DNA of 64,000 bases from Macrostomum lignano (taxonomy: Eukaryota), in assembly GCA_002269645.1 (NCBI GenBank), contig NIVC01000604.1:186001-250000 (forward strand), read 5' to 3'. The position numbers were made by a program, and so were the translations under genes. The notes under the pieces were generated by a model. That model was given only the letters and a program-made list of their open reading frames with translations, searched no databases and had not been told where the DNA came from. The number at the start of each line of letters is the position of its first letter. Position 1 is the first letter of the stretch. Shown here piece by piece: positions 62,963 to 64,000 of the stretch.

Positions 62963-64000
62963 AGCAGCAGCGGCTTCAAGGCCGGCGCTCACAGTCGGCG
63001 GGATCTTCGACGGATGCAGCGTCGCGCCCGACCGACTATCGCAGTGTGAGTGCAAGCTTGATGGCAGAAGTGTGAAGGCGCTGTTAGACACCGGAAGCCA
63101 GTGCTCACTAGTTGAGTCCAGCATCCTGACAAAATCCCAGCTCAGACAGGCAACTGCAGCCAGAGTGCAACTTCATTCAGTGAACAAGCAGCCAATTAGC
63201 ATAGAACGGCAAATCGAATTGCCACTTACAGTCGGTGGAGTGACAGCCCGGCAATTGTTTTTCGTTGTGTCAGGTTTGGTCTGCCCTGTCATTGTTGGAG
63301 TCGACTTCATCGGCAAGCATAATTTGCAACTGGACTTCACAGGATCTTCACAAGAAGCCGGCCAAGTCTGCAGCACCAGATTCCAGGCTGACACCGACGA
63401 TCCAGTTGACATCGAAGACGCACTCGTCCCCGAGTTCAGCTGTGAAGAGTTCGAGTTGCCGACTACCGACGACCCTGATGTACAACGGCTGCTGGTGGAG
63501 TTCAAAGACTTGTTCAAGAAAAAGCCGGGACTAACTCATCTGCAACAGCACCGAATTGTTCTCTCGGATGAAGTACCTGTCCGAGTGCCACCGCGCCGAA
63601 TGCCTGTGCATTACCGGGAGAAGGTAGAGCAGCTGATTCAGGAACTGCTGGAGAACGACGTGATAGAGCTGAGCGAAAGTCCGTACGTGGCCCCACCGGT
63701 GTACGTGACAAAGAAGGATGGCAGTCTCCGCCTGACCATAGACTATCGAGAGATCAACAAGAAGACTATTCGCTCTGCACAGGGAATTCCGTTGATGGAG
63801 GAGGCAAGAGATCGAATCGCAGGCAGTTCAGTGTTCTCTGTGTTGGATCTCAATGGAGGCTATTTTCAAATTCCGATGGCAGAAGAAGACAAGCTAAAAA
63901 CTGCTTTCTGTCCGGGACCAGGGATGCCGCTGTACCAATTTAAGAGAATGCCCCAAGGTCTGTCGGGGGCCCAAGCACATTCTGCATGCTAATGTCAAAA
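62901..64000 (+). CDS. Gypsy pol (protease and RT N-terminal part); runs off the window
   Basis: ALLDTGSQCSLV protease; KKDGSLRLTIDYREIN; FSVLDLNGGYFQIPM; YQFKRMPQGLSGA. A 1-nt deletion near 63970 shifts the expected GAPSTF. Confidence 0.93.

Overview
Eukaryotic (animal) genomic DNA rich in introns and tandem repeats. An invertebrate, possibly a free-living flatworm, is my inference from the TTAGGG tract, an animal-type tRNA-iMet primer binding site, an NPY/NPF-like prohormone and (TCTG)n tracts. Main contents: (1) A six-exon, 689-aa PLAT + lipoxygenase-like gene on + (9004-24086) with an intact frame but an apparently degenerate iron site. (2) In its 8.4-kb last intron, a sense-strand array of 16 near-identical 177-nt elements that fold as box H/ACA snoRNAs. 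Their two pockets match the conserved 18S rRNA sites of m1acp3-psi (yeast U1191) and psi1290. (3) An exon with three C2H2 zinc fingers (about 40950-41459) that is phase-compatible with a TALE homeobox exon (50237-51793). (4) An intronless NPY/NPF-fold prohormone ending in GGWW-amide with a Cys pair (54823-55095). (5) Mobile DNA: a decayed Gypsy gag relic, two inverted LINE fragments, a hAT MITE with an 8-bp TSD, and the 5' part of a Gypsy LTR element with a G GGA AAC slip site and pseudoknot. (6) About 20 distinct micro- and minisatellites, which generate most of the long ORFs in the supplied track. All calls were made by eye; no searches or folding programs were run.
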